Shown here in pieces: positions 29,028-43,335 of a DNA stretch of 64,000 nucleotides. Under the pieces are notes generated by a model. The model had not been told where the DNA came from and made no database searches. It saw only the letters and a list, made by a program, of their open reading frames with translations. The DNA comes from the human T2T-CHM13v2.0 reference genome, Homo sapiens: NCBI RefSeq assembly GCF_009914755.1, contig NC_060932.1; one strand, 5' to 3'. The translations under genes and the position numbers were made by a program. The number at the start of each line of letters is the position of its first letter. Position 1 is the first letter of the stretch.

Positions 29028-29340
<313 letters not shown>

Positions 29341-30905
29341 TGAAATCACATTTAAAAAAAATTCTTATATGTCACATTCTGAAGATTATTAAAGGATAGA
29401 CTACTAGGATTTTTGTCCAAGGTGGTGGCAACAAAATACAAATTTGAGAAGGTTTAAGACATTGTGAACAATGACTTCAGTACATCTTATAAAATCGATA
29501 GTTATCACACATTATAAGGTGGAAAATAGCATCACTTGATCTATGCTGAAGAAAGACGAGTGAATACTAGCCAAACAACATGTTCATGCTGTTGCTTTTT
29601 TCATAATTATTCTAGAAGTAGACTATAATCACAATCCTAATATTTTATCTCACTTTATTCTTCCAATAACAACTTAAAAAATGTAATTGGATAACATTTC
29701 AGACTTCTGCTTCTTATTAATGGTAAAAGCAGATATTTTAACCGGTACCCAAATATTAGTTTCATAAGAAAATGAAAGCTTTTTTCCACTTCTTGTGTTA
29801 CAAAAGAGAAGAAAGAAAATACAATGTCAAGAGATGAAGCCGAAGAAAGATTTTCCTAAGGCTGTGATCTTTTCTATGGGCAATCAAGTGGTTGGTAGTA
29901 TATTAGGCATCAGGGGAGACCACAGGTACCCACGTCAGAAAAGGAATCGTTCCTTGCAGCATTTGACATTTGGCTCCACCTTCTGACCTTTGGATAATGT
30001 TACTGTGTGATCTGATGTCATCTACCATTGAGAGTGTTTATTTTTACTTATTTCTTGCACGAGGGAAAATGTCATTCGTTGTTTTTACTGTCTGCTCCCA
30101 CCTGACAAGGAAGCAGTTGCCTCAACATGACTGTGGTGCTGTGAGTGCAGAATGAGCAGTGTTTTTGCAGAGCAGCAGACAGCTTCTCAGCTACCTGAAT
30201 TATTGATGGCAGATTCGGCACATGGCTAGTGATGCCTGAAGTCAGTATGGCTCCTGGCTAGACAAGCTGAAAGAAATGTCCCCGGAGCCAGGCACCTGCC
30301 TTATTGGCGTCATGAGTAAGAGGCACCACTGCCTTGCTGAAAACCTCACAGCTTGGAGGTGAGAGCGTTCTCCGAGAAACCGTTTGAGACATGTGCTGTT
30401 GTGGTGGGCACTGATGGGTCTCTGATAAGCCAAGAGCTCTACACATGTCTGTTCATTCACTGATTCATTAAGTCCCTGGGCCGCAGAGGACAGGTATGCG
30501 CTGCAATCTCAACTCATTGTTGGGATATGTGACTTGATGTAGGTCTTTGGACATCTGAAAAATGGAACTGACCCACAAGTTATTGAGTCACCATTATATG
30601 TCTAGTGTTTGGGTTAGGAGGGCAGCAGATGTAATGCCTCTTTTCCCTGTCTGAGTTCTAAACCAATTGAGAAGTAAGAAAAAAAAGTCCAGATTAGAAT
30701 GAGAGTGTGAAAATATTCCCTTTACCGGAGGAGGGCTGGAGATAGTTAAGCTTCAAAGTCAGATCCATTGCCCCGGTTAGCAGACTCCTGGACTGGGCGG
30801 CCTTCTTCTGGCCTCTATTGCCAAATTTTCTGCATGGCTGAAAGCAACTGAAGTCTCCAGCTATCTGTTGCCAGCCAGTTGCCAAGAAGAAGGGGAGAGA
30901 AAAAT

Positions 30906-31200
<295 letters not shown>

Positions 31201-31473
31201 TTAAGTAAGCTTGAGTTTCTCCTTGTACACATGCCAATAAAATGTCTCCTGACTTCCACAAAAATGCAATGAGTGAGACACGGGGAAGAAAACCAGAGTT
31301 TGACCTTAGCAGATCTGCTGCCACGTGGAGGGAAGAGTCCGGTCTGAGGAAGAGGCATTCTCTCCTGTGCTCCAACAGTTAGAGCTGTGAGAGTCACTTT
31401 ATATCTGTTATCTCATAGGGCTGTTGAGAAGATTAAACACAATAATGAACTTTGCAAACTAGAAAGTATTTTA

Positions 31474-31818
<345 letters not shown>

Positions 31819-31959
31819 TTATTGTCTAGAAGGCCCTGTGCCCTAGGCCTGTGGAGAATAAACAAAAGAAAATCTAAACCTAAACAGATTTTGCATCAAA
31901 ACACTTCACTGACCACTGACTTTGTGTCTTCTCAAAGTGGTAGTTATTCAAATCAAATG

Positions 31960-32150
31960 TCAAAGGTTCAGGCCTTACTTTTATTTCTTTTAAGCTGTGT
32001 GACTTTGGAAAAATTGTTTAACCTCTCTGTGTCTCAGAAAATAATAGATTCTTAGAGGTGTTGTAAGAATTAATAAGTTAATATAAGCTTAAACCCATGC
32101 CTGATATAGACTAAGTACACAATAAATATTAGTGACTATAATTAATAATA
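31960..32150 (+). mobile_element. MIR fragment
   Basis: agctgtgtgactttggaaaaattgtttaacctctctgtgtctcag...caataaatattag. Confidence 0.8.
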
Positions 32151-32154
32151 CTGT

Positions 32155-32800
32155 AATAGAGTCAGATTGCTAAATGCGAGTCAGATTACTGCACTCTTCT
32201 CCTTCAAATCCTTCAAATGCTTCCTGTTGCTCTTAGAATAAAATCCACAGTAGAGTCCCTGTATGGCTTAACACCTGTCTGCCTATATATCTTCAGTGTG
32301 TAATCATATTCTGGTTCAGTATACTCCAGGTACATGAGTCTCCCTATTTATCTTCAGTGTGTAATTATATGTATAGTCCAGGTACACGAGTGTTATGTGC
32401 ATTCCTCGGTTAAGCCAAACCTGTTCCCATCCCAGGCTCATGCCTTGCTTCTTCTTCTGCCTGGAAGACTCTTCCAACTTCTCTTATGCCTGGCTCCTTC
32501 TTTTCCTTCAGGGGTCCTCTGTTTAAGGGCTGTGCCATTGGCGTGGCTTACAAAGAAGACCCCTGCTCCTCAGTTACCCTCCCCTGTAGCCATGTCATCT
32601 TTTCTTCATAGAACTTATCACAATCTGTGATTTTGTTTGCCACTCTATTGTATGTCTCCCTCAGTAGAATGTAAACATCAAGAGGCCAAGGATTGAAGGA
32701 TTGTGTCTGTTTTATTCATTTCCTTGCCCCCAGCCTCTCCCATAGGGGCTAGCTGTAATAGATGTTCAAAAAAGTCATATTGATTCAATGAATTAAACGA
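32155..32800 (+). mobile_element. L2a 3' portion with an internal ~60-bp tandem duplication
   Basis: cttcctgttgctcttagaataaaatcca...tagaatgtaaacatcaagagg...tattgattcaatgaat. 32282-32339 is repeated at 32343-32391. Confidence 0.8.
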
Positions 32801-32836
32801 GAATGGCCTTTGGACTAAAGCAACTGGATGGAAGCC

Positions 32837-33198
32837 TGATATGGTTTGGCTGTACCCTCACCCAAATCTCATCTTGAATTGTAGTTCCCATAATTCCCAC
32901 ACGTTGTGGGAGGGATCTGGTGGGAGGTAATTGAATCATGGTGGCAGTTACCCCCATACTGCTGTTCTCATGATAGTGAGTGACATCTCATGATATCTGA
33001 TGGGCTTTTCCTTCTTTTGCTTGGCACTTCTCCTTGCCTGCTGCCATGTAAGATGTGACTTGCTTCTTCTTTGCCTTCTGCTATGATTGTGACGCCTCCT
33101 CAGACAGGTGGAACTGTGAATCCATTAAACCTCTTTCCTTTATAAATTACCCAGTCTCAGGTATGTCTTTATTAGCAGTATGAGAACAGACTAATACA
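32837..33198 (+). mobile_element. THE1(B-like) MaLR solo LTR
   Basis: tgatatggtttggctgt...gtatgtctttattagcagtatgagaacagactaataca. Perfect TSD AAGCC at 32832-32836 and 33199-33203. Confidence 0.95.
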
Positions 33199-33294
33199 AA
33201 GCCCACGTCCTGCCACTTGCAGCTATTGGAACCAGGCAAGCTATTTAATCCACATTACTGAGCCTCTGTTTCCATCTGAAAAAATGAGTGATTA

Positions 33295-33770
33295 CACATC
33301 ATATTTATAGCAGCAATCATTACAGCCAAAAGGTGGAAGCAACTCAAGTGTCCATCAATAGATAAGGGGATGAAGAAAATGTGGTGCATTCATGCAACGC
33401 TGTATTATTCAGCTTTACAAAGTCAGGAAGTCCTGGCACATGCTACAACACAGATGAACCTCAAGGATGATGTGCTTAGTGGAATAAACTGGTCACTAAA
33501 AGACAAATGCCGTAAGAGTCCTCTTAAATGAGGTTCCTAGAGTGGTAAAATTCATAGAAACAAAGTAGAATGGTGGTTTCCAGGGGCAGAGAAAAGGAGG
33601 GGAAAGGGAAGATGTTGTCTAATAGATACAGAGTTTCAGTTTTGCAAGGATAAATGTTTTCGGGATTCAATACCAATAATGTGAATATATTTAACACTAC
33701 TAAACTGTACACTTAGGAATTCTTGAGATGATAAATTTTATTTTGTGAGTTTTCTATCACAATTAAAAAC
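33295..33770 (+). mobile_element. L1MB-type 3' end
   Basis: gccaaaaggtggaagcaactcaagtgtccatc...agagtttcagttttgcaagga...aactgtacactta...aaatttta...cacaattaaaaa. Confidence 0.85.
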
Positions 33771-34051
33771 AATGGAAAAGATGAGACAACGACTTTGTTG
33801 TATGAAAAATAGAATTTGAATAATCAAAAGTCTCATGGACAGCTTCTGGGTGGAGATAGGTACCCATGTAAACTATCCAAGGTAGGAATGACTCAGTGTG
33901 GAATTTGAAGTCAGAAGGGCAGGGGGAGGTGCCAAGATGGCAGACTAGGAGCGACTCGCTTGTGCTGCTCTCAGGGAGAGGAGACAAAGTGGCAAGTAAA
34001 CACTAGCTCTTCACGTGGATTGTCCAGGACGCCACGTTTGGATTCGTCAAG

Positions 34052-34421
34052 TGATATGGTTTGGCTGTGTACCCACGCAAATCTCATCTTGAATTGTGGT
34101 TCCCATAATCCCCACGTGTTGTGGGAGGGACCAGGTGGATATCGTTGAATCATGGGGGCAGTTTCCCCATCCTCTTCTCGTGATAGTCGGTTAGTTTTCA
34201 TGGGATCTGATGGTTCCATAGGGGTTTTCTCCTTTGCTGGACACTCATTCTTCTTCCTGCCACCATGTGAAGAAGGATGTGTTTGCTTTCCCTTCTGCCA
34301 TGACTGTAAGTTTCCTGAGGCCTCCCCAGACCTGTGGAACTGAGCCTATTAAACCTCTTTCCTTTATAAATTACACAGTCTTAGTCAGTTCTTTATAGCA
34401 GCTTGAGAATGGAGTAATACA
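34052..34421 (+). mobile_element. THE1(C-like) solo LTR nested in the L1 5'UTR
   Basis: tgatatggtttggctgtgt...gagaatggagtaataca. Perfect TSD TCAAG at 34047-34051 and 34422-34426. Confidence 0.95.
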
Positions 34422-36182
34422 TCAAGAAACTAATGACTACCCACAGAGAGCAGAGAGGAGCAAGGCAGGACTGCTGCCCACTAGGGATTGGCATGGAACC
34501 AGAAAATGGCTGAGTGAGTAAGAGCCCCTGGGGACCCACACTTCTGCCATGGTCCTTTTCAACTCTGGGCAAAGGAGATTCCCCTCAAATCCCTGGGACT
34601 CCAGACTGACATAGAGAGATCGCTGGAGTCTGAGCAGAGTCACCACTCAGCCCCATATGGGCCCCCCAGGCCTTGGATCCCTGAGCACCCTGGCACCAGT
34701 TGCTGTAACCACACCAGTAAAGGAGATCAGGCTCTCTCGTGTGCCCCTAGGATAGGGGCTTCATCTATGGCGCTGAGAAGTGAATGGACTGTAGGCCCCA
34801 CCCCCACTGTGCCTCACCCAGCAAGACCCACAGGCCCCTGGGTCCCTAGTGCAGGCCTCCCCTCCCGGCCTGAGCACTCTGGTCTGTTGCAGCCCTGCAT
34901 TTCTCTGGGATAGAGCTACCAGAAGTAACCAACAGACCCTCAGTGATTGTTGCTGCCAGGGTTCCTGCCCCACCTTCCCTCAGGCTGGGGAGGGAGTGAA
35001 AAGCCCAAGAATTGTTACAGGACTCCAGCGCCCCGCAGCTGCCATACTGAAAAGCTGCCAGACTGTTTTCCATGTGGGTCTCTGCCCCTGCTACTCCTGA
35101 CTTGGCAGGGCTTCCTGGCTTGGGCCCCCAGCTCAGCCAATCCACCCGTCCCTGATCACTTCAGTTGGCAATGACTCTGCACTTCTCTGGGGTGGGGTTC
35201 AGGGAGTCATCTGACAGGCTCTCTGCCATTGCTGCCATAGCGGTACCTGCCCTTGCTTCCCCCAGGCTAGAGAGGGAACAAAGAGGCTGATTGCTTTCCA
35301 GTGCTGCAGCTCATGTAGCTGCCCTTCAGCAAGACAGAGAGTAGGCCAGACTGTCTTATCTGCAAAGACACCAGGCAGTGATGTCTTCACCAGGCAAGGT
35401 CCCTCCAGCTTGGGCCTGCAGCACAGCTGCCTTATTTCTTGTGGCTGATCGCTCCCATCAGCCATGGCTCTGAGTTTCAGGGATGGAGCTCCCAGAAGCA
35501 ACTGACAGGCCCTCTGTATTGCTGCTGCCACAGTCTCTTCTGTCCCCAAGATGGAGAGGGAACAAAAAGCCTGAGCTCGCCCCATGGCTATGGTGTACAG
35601 CTCAGGAGTGCCAAGCCAAGATCTGCGGCCAGCAGTCAAGCAGGAGGGGAACTCACACTCTCAGAGCACTGAGTGGGTGAGTCATAAGGGTTCCTGGGCT
35701 GCTGGGGAGGCTGAGCATCACTCCGTCCTGTGAGCTGGCCTGGAAAAGGTGTGGCCTATCTCTCTGCTTTGCCCTCTGCCCAAGGGAACCCTGCAGCCCA
35801 GACTACCTAACAAAAGAAACATGGGCCCAGTGCAAGTGACTGGAGGGGGCCTCCCCCAATGCCCAGGAGCAGACCAGGCGAGGGGGTCACCTCTCTAGCA
35901 GCTGCATCACAGAGCACAGCTGGCAAACTCCGAGGAAATATAAAGGACCCCTGTGGCTGAGTTTATCCATTGGCCATTACTCTTAAGCGCCATCTCCTGG
36001 ATTACAGCCCAAACTACAACACAAAAAAAATACTTGGCTAATATACTCTTCTGTGAAACCAAGGGCAATAATTCAGCCAAAAATAAATACCTTACACAGA
36101 GACTTGGCCTTCTGAAAACATTCAGAAATGAAGCCAACTGACTATACTCAAATTACACCACAGTTAACATCAATCCTCCCAG

Positions 36183-37170
36183 ATGAGAAAGAACCAGCCC
36201 AAGAACTCTGGCAATTCACTAAGTCAGAGTGTTACTTTGTTTCAAAATGAGTCCACTAGCTCCCCAGTAATGGTTCTTAACCCGTAGGAAATGTATGAAA
36301 TGACAGACATAGGATTCCAAATCTGAATGGCAAGGAAACTCACCGAGATTCGGAAGAAATTAAAACCCAATCCAAGGAATTCAAGGAGTCTAATAAATTG
36401 ATCCAAGAGCTAAAAGACAAAATAGCCACTTTAAGAAAAAACCAAACTGAACTTCTAGAGCTAAAAAATTCACTATAAGGATTTCATTACACAATTGGAA
36501 GTGTTAACAGTAGAATAGATGAAGCTGAGGAAGAATCTGTGAGTTTGAAGGCTGGTTCTTTGAATCAACCCAGTCAGACAAAAACAAAGAAAAAAAGAAT
36601 TAAAAAAAAATAACAAAACCTCTGGGAAATATGAGATTATATAATGACACCAAATCTACAATTCTTTGGCATTCCTGAGGAAAAGAGACAATGAACAACT
36701 TGGAAAATATATTTGAGGATATAGTCCATGAAAATTTTCCTAATCTCACTAGAGAGGTTGACATGCAAATCCAAGAAATACGGGAAGCCTCAGCTAGATA
36801 CTAAACAAGATAACTATCCCCAAGGTACATAGTCATCAAATTTACTTAGGCCAATGCAAAAGAAAAAAAATCTTAAAGGCAGCTAGAGAGAACAGTAAAC
36901 TCACTCAGGATAACATCAGACATTTCAGCAGAAACCTTACAAGTCAAAGATTTTGTGGGCCTATTTTCAGCATCCTTAAATAAAAGAAATTCACCAAGAA
37001 TTTAATATCTCACCAAACAAAGCTTCATAAGTGAAGGAGAAATAAAATTTTTCTCAGACAAGCAAATGCTGAGAGAATACATTTTAACTAGACCAGTCTT
37101 ACAAGAGGTACTTAAGGGAGTGCTAAACAAGGAACAAAAAGAATGGCACCAGTTACAAAACCGCACTTAA
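36183..37170 (+). pseudogene. LINE-1 ORF1 remnant (frameshifts and stops)
   Basis: atgagaaagaaccagcccaagaactctggcaattc...; aagcttcataagtgaaggagaaataaaa; agaccagtcttacaagag. No long ORF remains. Confidence 0.8.
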
Positions 37171-37558
37171 GCACATAGCGCACAGCACTACAAAGCAATC
37201 ACATAATCAAATCTGCATAACAACCAGATAACAAGGTGATGGCAGGATCAAATCTCACATATCAATACTAACCCTGAATGTAAATGGGCTAAATGTCCCT
37301 CTTAAAAGACATAGAGTGCCAAGCTGGATAAAAAGATAAGACCCAACCATCTTCTGTCTTCAAGAGATCTACCTCACATGCAGTAACACCCACAGACTCA
37401 AAGGAAAGGGATGGAATAAGATTTACCATACGAATGGAAAACACAAAAGAGCAGAAGTTGCTATTCTTATATCAGATAAAACAGATTTTAAATCAATAAA
37501 AAATAAGAAGGAAAAAGGATTACATAATGACAAAAGATATGGTTTAACAAGAAGAAAA

Positions 37559-37588
37559 CATACACACACACGCACACACACACACACA
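37559..37588. repeat. (CA)n microsatellite inside L1 ORF2
   Basis: catacacacacacgcacacacacacacaca. Confidence 0.9.
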
Positions 37589-39654
37589 TCTATAGACAAC
37601 CACACAATAATAGTAGCAGCTTCAACACCCCACTGACAGCAGCATTAGAGAGATCATTGTGTTAGAAAACTAACAAAGAAACTCTGAACTTAAACTTGAC
37701 ACTTGATCAATTGGACCTAATAGACATGTATAAAACACTCCACCCAACAACCACAGAGTATACGTTCTTCTCGTCTGCACATGCAATATATTCTAACCAA
37801 ATGTTTGCTCATCAAACAAGTCTCAATTAATTCAAAAATATTGAAATTATACCAAGCACACTCATTAACCACAGAAAATTTCTCAAAACTATACACACTC
37901 ATGAACATTAAGCAACTTCCTCCTAAATAACTGAAAAGTGAATATTGAAATTAAGACAAAAATTTTAAAAGTAATTTGAAATTAATGAAAATAGGAACAC
38001 AACTTAACAAAATCTCTGAGATATAGCTAAAGCAGTGATAAGAAGAAAGTTTATAGTGTTAAATGTCTTCATCAGGAAGATAAAAAGATCTCAGTTAACA
38101 AACTAACTTTGTACCTAAAGGAACTAGAGAAAAAGACAAATGAGCCCTAATGCTAGCAGAAGAAAAGAAATATCTAAAATTAGAGAGGAACTTTATGAAA
38201 CTGAGATGCAAAAATCCATAGGAAAGATAAATAAAATCAAAAGTTGGTTCTTCAAAAAAGTAAACAGGATTGATAGACTGCTAGCAAGATAAAGAAAAAA
38301 AAGATCCAAATAAGTACAATTAAAAATGAAAAAGATGACTTTACAACCAGTCTCATAGAAATACAGAAGACCTTCAGAGAATACCATTAACAATTCTATG
38401 CACATGAATTAGAAAAGCTAGAGAAAATGACTAATTTCCTGGAAACACACAAAATCCCAAGATCAAATAAGAAAGAGATTGAAACCATAAATAGACCAAT
38501 GTCAAGATTTAAAGAGAATTGGTAATTAAAAAAAAAAAACCCTACCAACCAAAAAAAGCTCTGGACCACATAGACTCATAGCTGAATTTTACCAGACATA
38601 TGAAGAACTGGTACCAATCCTCCTGAAAATATTCCAAAAATTTGAGCAGTAGAGTTTCTCTCTCACTCATTCTATAAAACCAGTATCAGACTAATAACAA
38701 AGTCTAGCAGAGACACAATGGAAAAAGAAAACTTCAGGCCAATATCCCTGCTGGACATAGATGCAAAAATTCTCAACAAAATACTAGCAAACCAAATTAA
38801 AAAGTTAATACACCACAATCAAGTAGGCTTTATTTTGGGGATGCAAGGCTGGTTTAATATATGCAAATCTATAAATGTGATTCACCACATAAACAGAATT
38901 AAAAGCAAAAACCATATGATCGTCTCAATAATTACAATAAAATCCAACATCCGTTCATGATAAAAAAAATCCTAAATGGACTAGGCATCAAAGGAATACA
39001 CTTCAGAAAAATAATAGGCATCTATGACAAAACCATACCCAACATCATACTGAATTAACAAAGGCTGGAGCAATTCCCTTTGAGAAGTGGAACAAGGCAG
39101 GGGTGCCCACTCTCATCACTCTTGTTCAACATAGTACTGGATGTCCTAGCCTAAGCAATCAAGCCAGAGAAAGAAATAAAAGGCATGCAAATATAAAAGA
39201 AAAAAATCAAGCTATCTTTTTTCACTGACTATACAATTCTATACCTAGAAAACCCTAAAGATTCTGTCAAAAGGCTACGAGAACTGATAAACAATTTTAT
39301 AAGGTTTCAGAATACAAAATCAATGTACAAACATCAGCAGCATTTGCATACATCTATAATGTCCAGGCTGAGAGTCAAATCAATAACATAATTCCATTTT
39401 CTATAGTCACAAAGAAAATGAAATATCTAGGAATAAAGCTAACTAAGTAGAAGAAAGATCTCTACGAGGAGAGTTACAAAACACTGCTGAAAGAAATCAG
39501 AGATGACACAAGTAAATGGAAAAACATTTCATGTTCATGGATTGGAAAAATTAATACTGTTAAAATGTCGATATTTCCCAAAGCAATGTACAGATTAAAT
39601 TATAGTCTTATCAAACTACCAATGCCATTCTTCATAGAATTAGATAAAACTGAA

Positions 39655-40771
39655 TTTTTTTTTCTGCTTTTTTTAAAAAATTATACTTTAATTTCTAGGG
39701 TACATGTGCACAACGTGCAGGTTTGTTACATATGTATACATGTGCCATGTTGGTTTGCTGCACCCATTAACTTGTCATTTACATTAGGTATTTCTCCTAA
39801 TGCTATCCCTCCCCCATCTCCCTACCCCACGACAGGCCCCGGTGTGTGATGTTCCCCATCCTGTGTCCAAGTGTTCTCATTGTTCAATTCCCACCTATGA
39901 GCGAGAACATGTGGTGTTTGGTTTTCTGTCCTTGCGATAGTTTGCTCAGAATGATGGTTTCCAGCTTCATCCATGTCCCTACAAAGGACATGAACTCATC
40001 CTTTTTTATGGCTGCATAGTATTCCATGGTGTATATGTGCCACATTTTCTTAATCCAGTCTATCATTGACGGACATTTGGGTTGGTTCCAAGTCTTTGCT
40101 ATTGTGAATAGTGCTGCAATAAACATACGTGTTCATGTGTCTTTATAGTAGCATGATTTATAATCCTTTGGGTATATACCCAGTAATGAGATGCCTGGGT
40201 CAAATGGTATTTCTAGTTCTAGATCCTTGAGGAATCGCCACACTGTCTTCCACAATGGTTGAACTAGTTCACACTCCCACCAACAGTGTAAAAGCGTTCC
40301 TATTTCTCCACATCCTCTCCAGCACCTGTTGTTTCCTGACTTTTTAATGATCGCCATTCTAACTGGTGTGAGATGATATTTCATTGTGGTTTTGATTTGT
40401 ATTTTTCTGATGGCCAGTGATGACGAGCATTTTTTCATGTGTCTGTTGGCTGCATAAATGTTTTCTTTTGAAAAGTGTCTGTTCATATCCTTTGCCCACT
40501 TTTTGATAGGGTTGTTTGATTTTTTCTTGTAAATTTGTTTAAGTTGTTTGTAGATTCTAGATATTAGCCATGTGTCAGATGGGTTTATTGCAAAAATTTT
40601 CTCCCATTCTGTAGGTTGCCTGTTCACTCTGATGGTAGTTTCTTCTGCTGTGCAGAAGCTCTTTAGTTTGTCTATTTTGGCTTTTGTTGCCATTGCTTTT
40701 GGTGTTTTAGTCATGAAGTCCTTGCCCATGCATATGTCCTGAATGGTAGTAACTAGGGTTTCTTCCAGGGT
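39655..40771 (-). mobile_element. L1PA5/6-like 5'-truncated (~1.1 kb) element nested antisense in the older L1
   Basis: T-rich tail, then ttatactttaatttctagggtacatgtgcacaacgtgcagg. ORF2 C-terminus [18 protein letters not shown] and ...FSLIGGN* on the minus strand. TSD TAAAACTGAA(A)TTTTT at 39645 and 40771. Confidence 0.93.
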
Positions 40772-42696
40772 AAAACTGAAATTTTTAAGTTGATCTGGAA
40801 CTAAATAAAGAGCCCATATAGGCAAAGGAATCCTAAGCAAAAAGAATAAAGCTGGAGGCATCACACTACCTGACTTCAAACTATACTATAAGGCTATGGT
40901 AACCAAAACAGCATAGTATAGTTTCCAAGACAGTGTAAAGCTGCACATTTATAACCATCTTATCTTTGACAAGGCTGACAAAAACAAGTAATGGGGAAAG
41001 GACCACCTATTCAATAAATGTCGCTGGGATAGCTGACTAGCCATATGCAGAAGATTGAATCTAGACTCATACGTTCACCATATGCAAAAATTAACTCGAG
41101 ATGGATTAATAATTTAAATGTAAGACCTCAAACTATTAAAAATCCTAGAAGAAAACCTGGGAAATACCCTTCTTGACATTGGCCTTGGCAAAGAATTTTT
41201 GGCGAAGTCCTCACAAGCAACTGCAACTGGGAGTTCTCTCCAGACTGGGAGAAAATATTTTCAAACTGTGCTGCTGACAAAGGTCTAATATCCAGAATCT
41301 GTAAGGAACTTAAACAAATCAACAAGCAAAAAACAAATAATTCCGTTAAAAAATGAGCAAAAGATATGAACAGATACTTCTCAATAGAAGATATACCACC
41401 AGGCAACAAACATATGCAAAATGTTCATTCTCCCTAATCATCAAACAAATGCAAATCAAAACCACAGTGAGATACCACCTCACACCAGTTAGAATGGCTA
41501 TTATTAAAAGTGAAAAAACAACAGATACTAGCAAGGGTGTGAAGAAAAGGGAACATTTATACATGGGTGGTGGGAATGTAAATTAGTCCAGCCAGTGTGG
41601 AAAGTACTTTGGAGATGTCTGAAAGAATTTAAAATAGAACTATCATTTGACATAGTAATCCTTTTACTGGGAATACGCCCAAAGGAAAATAGATTATTAT
41701 ACCAAAAAGATATATGCATTTATGTTTATTGTTGCTCTATTCACAATAGCAAAGCTATGGACTCAGCCTCAGTGCCCATCAATGGTGGATTGGATAAAGA
41801 AAATCTGGTACACATACGCCATGGAATACTATGCAGTCCTTAAAAAGAATGAAGTCATATCCTTCACAGCAACGTGGATGGGGCTGGAGACCATTATCCT
41901 AAGTGAATTAACACAAGAACAGAAAACCAAATACCACAAATTCTCACTTACGTGTGGGAGCTAAACATTGCCACACATGAACATTAACGTGAGAGTAATA
42001 GACACTATGGCTTACTAGAGAGGAGAGGCAGGTAGGAGGGATGTGGGTCAAAAAACTACCCATTGGGTACTGTTCACTAGCTGGGTGCAATATATATGCA
42101 GGGTGTAACAAACCTGCAGATGTACCTTCTGTATCTAAAATAAAAGTTGAAAAAAGAAAAGCAAGACATTGAAGACTGGGCTATTAAAACCATTATTAAA
42201 AACTACATAGTATATATTTGCAATTAAATACATTATATTGAAAACAGATATAGTAAATGAAAATGGGGAGTTTGATATATTGATACTTTGTTTAGCTTAT
42301 TAAACATTTTAGAATCTCTTAATATAAGACACATATGAAATTTCTTCACATAGGAAAGGTCATTTGGCCTAGTTCCTTGTTTGCTAAAATCACTGTGCTG
42401 CATATTGTTTTAAAAAAAGTCTCAAGGAAAAGAGCCCAAAACCTGTTCCCATGATGTTACATCCTCTGGCTTAATAGCTGTTCATTCTCCTCCTACATAT
42501 TAGAGGAACTTTTTGTTTGTGTTGGTAATTATATTTATAATGCAATTGAAATGAAGCTGTATTCTTGGCCATATTTTATATCCTGCTATCCCAAACCCAG
42601 AAGACCCCTCCTTTATTTGTAGCAGGGCTGTTTGTGACTTTCTCCTTATCCCTTTATTACTCACCTTTTCTTTACCCAGGGCCTTTCCTCTGATAA

Positions 42697-42966
<270 letters not shown>

Positions 42967-42984
42967 ACATGACTCTTTTTCTGA

Positions 42985-43335
42985 GGTCTTTGTTAATCAG
43001 AGCATCGGGTCTGCCTACAAGCAGGGCAGAGGCAAGCCAGAATGCCAGAGAGCAACTCCCCTGAGAATAGTCCTCAACCGATGATGGACAGAAGCTTACT
43101 ACCTGGGGGTGGGATAATTCAATTCAGCAATGGTCTCTGTGCAGTCTTCCTGGGTCTTCAATGGTATAGATCTTCACCTGCCCATAGCAGTGACTTGCTC
43201 ATCAATGCGTTATTTGTTGTCTTCCTTCCCTGCTCCTCTCAATTCCCTACTCATTTATGGAGCTTTCTCCTCACACCTAAATGAAAGGTACTCAAGTCCT
43301 TGCCTGGGTGTGATTCTGGGACAATTTATATGCTG
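42985..43335 (+). mobile_element. LTR16-like ERVL LTR
   Basis: gccagagagcaactcccctgagaatagtcctcaaccgatgatggac...gcccatagcagtgacttgctcatcaatgc...ctcaagtccttgcctggg. Confidence 0.7.

Larger units (their letters stand above)
37239..41964 (+). pseudogene. LINE-1 ORF2 remnant (endonuclease/RT), disrupted
   Basis: Start atggcaggatcaaatctcacatatcaatactaaccctgaatgtaaatgggctaaat. RT piece [22 protein letters not shown] (38718-38960). C-terminus ...KFSLTCGS* ends at 41964. Many stops and deletions. Confidence 0.85.
33922..42160 (+). mobile_element. Full-length, decayed L1PA16/17-type LINE-1 with two nested insertions
   Basis: 5' gggggaggtgccaagatggcagactagg, GC-rich 5'UTR to ~36180, then ORF1, ORF2 and the 3' end aaacctgcagatgtaccttctgtatctaaaataaaagttgaaaaaa. 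Confidence 0.92.

Noticed and set aside
34430-36000. GC-rich stretch with many overlapping ORFs, resembling a CpG-island promoter or gene
   Set aside because: It is the 5'UTR of the full-length old L1. CpGs are largely decayed and the ORFs are incidental.
40133-40879. Longest ORF (248 aa, minus strand) with a CCHC-like motif
   Set aside because: It is a chimera: antisense host-L1 sequence read into the ORF2 C-terminus of the nested truncated L1PA. It has no promoter or start context and is not a gene.
33900-42180. TSD for the full-length L1
   Set aside because: I could not find a convincing duplicated sequence at the two ends. It has probably decayed.
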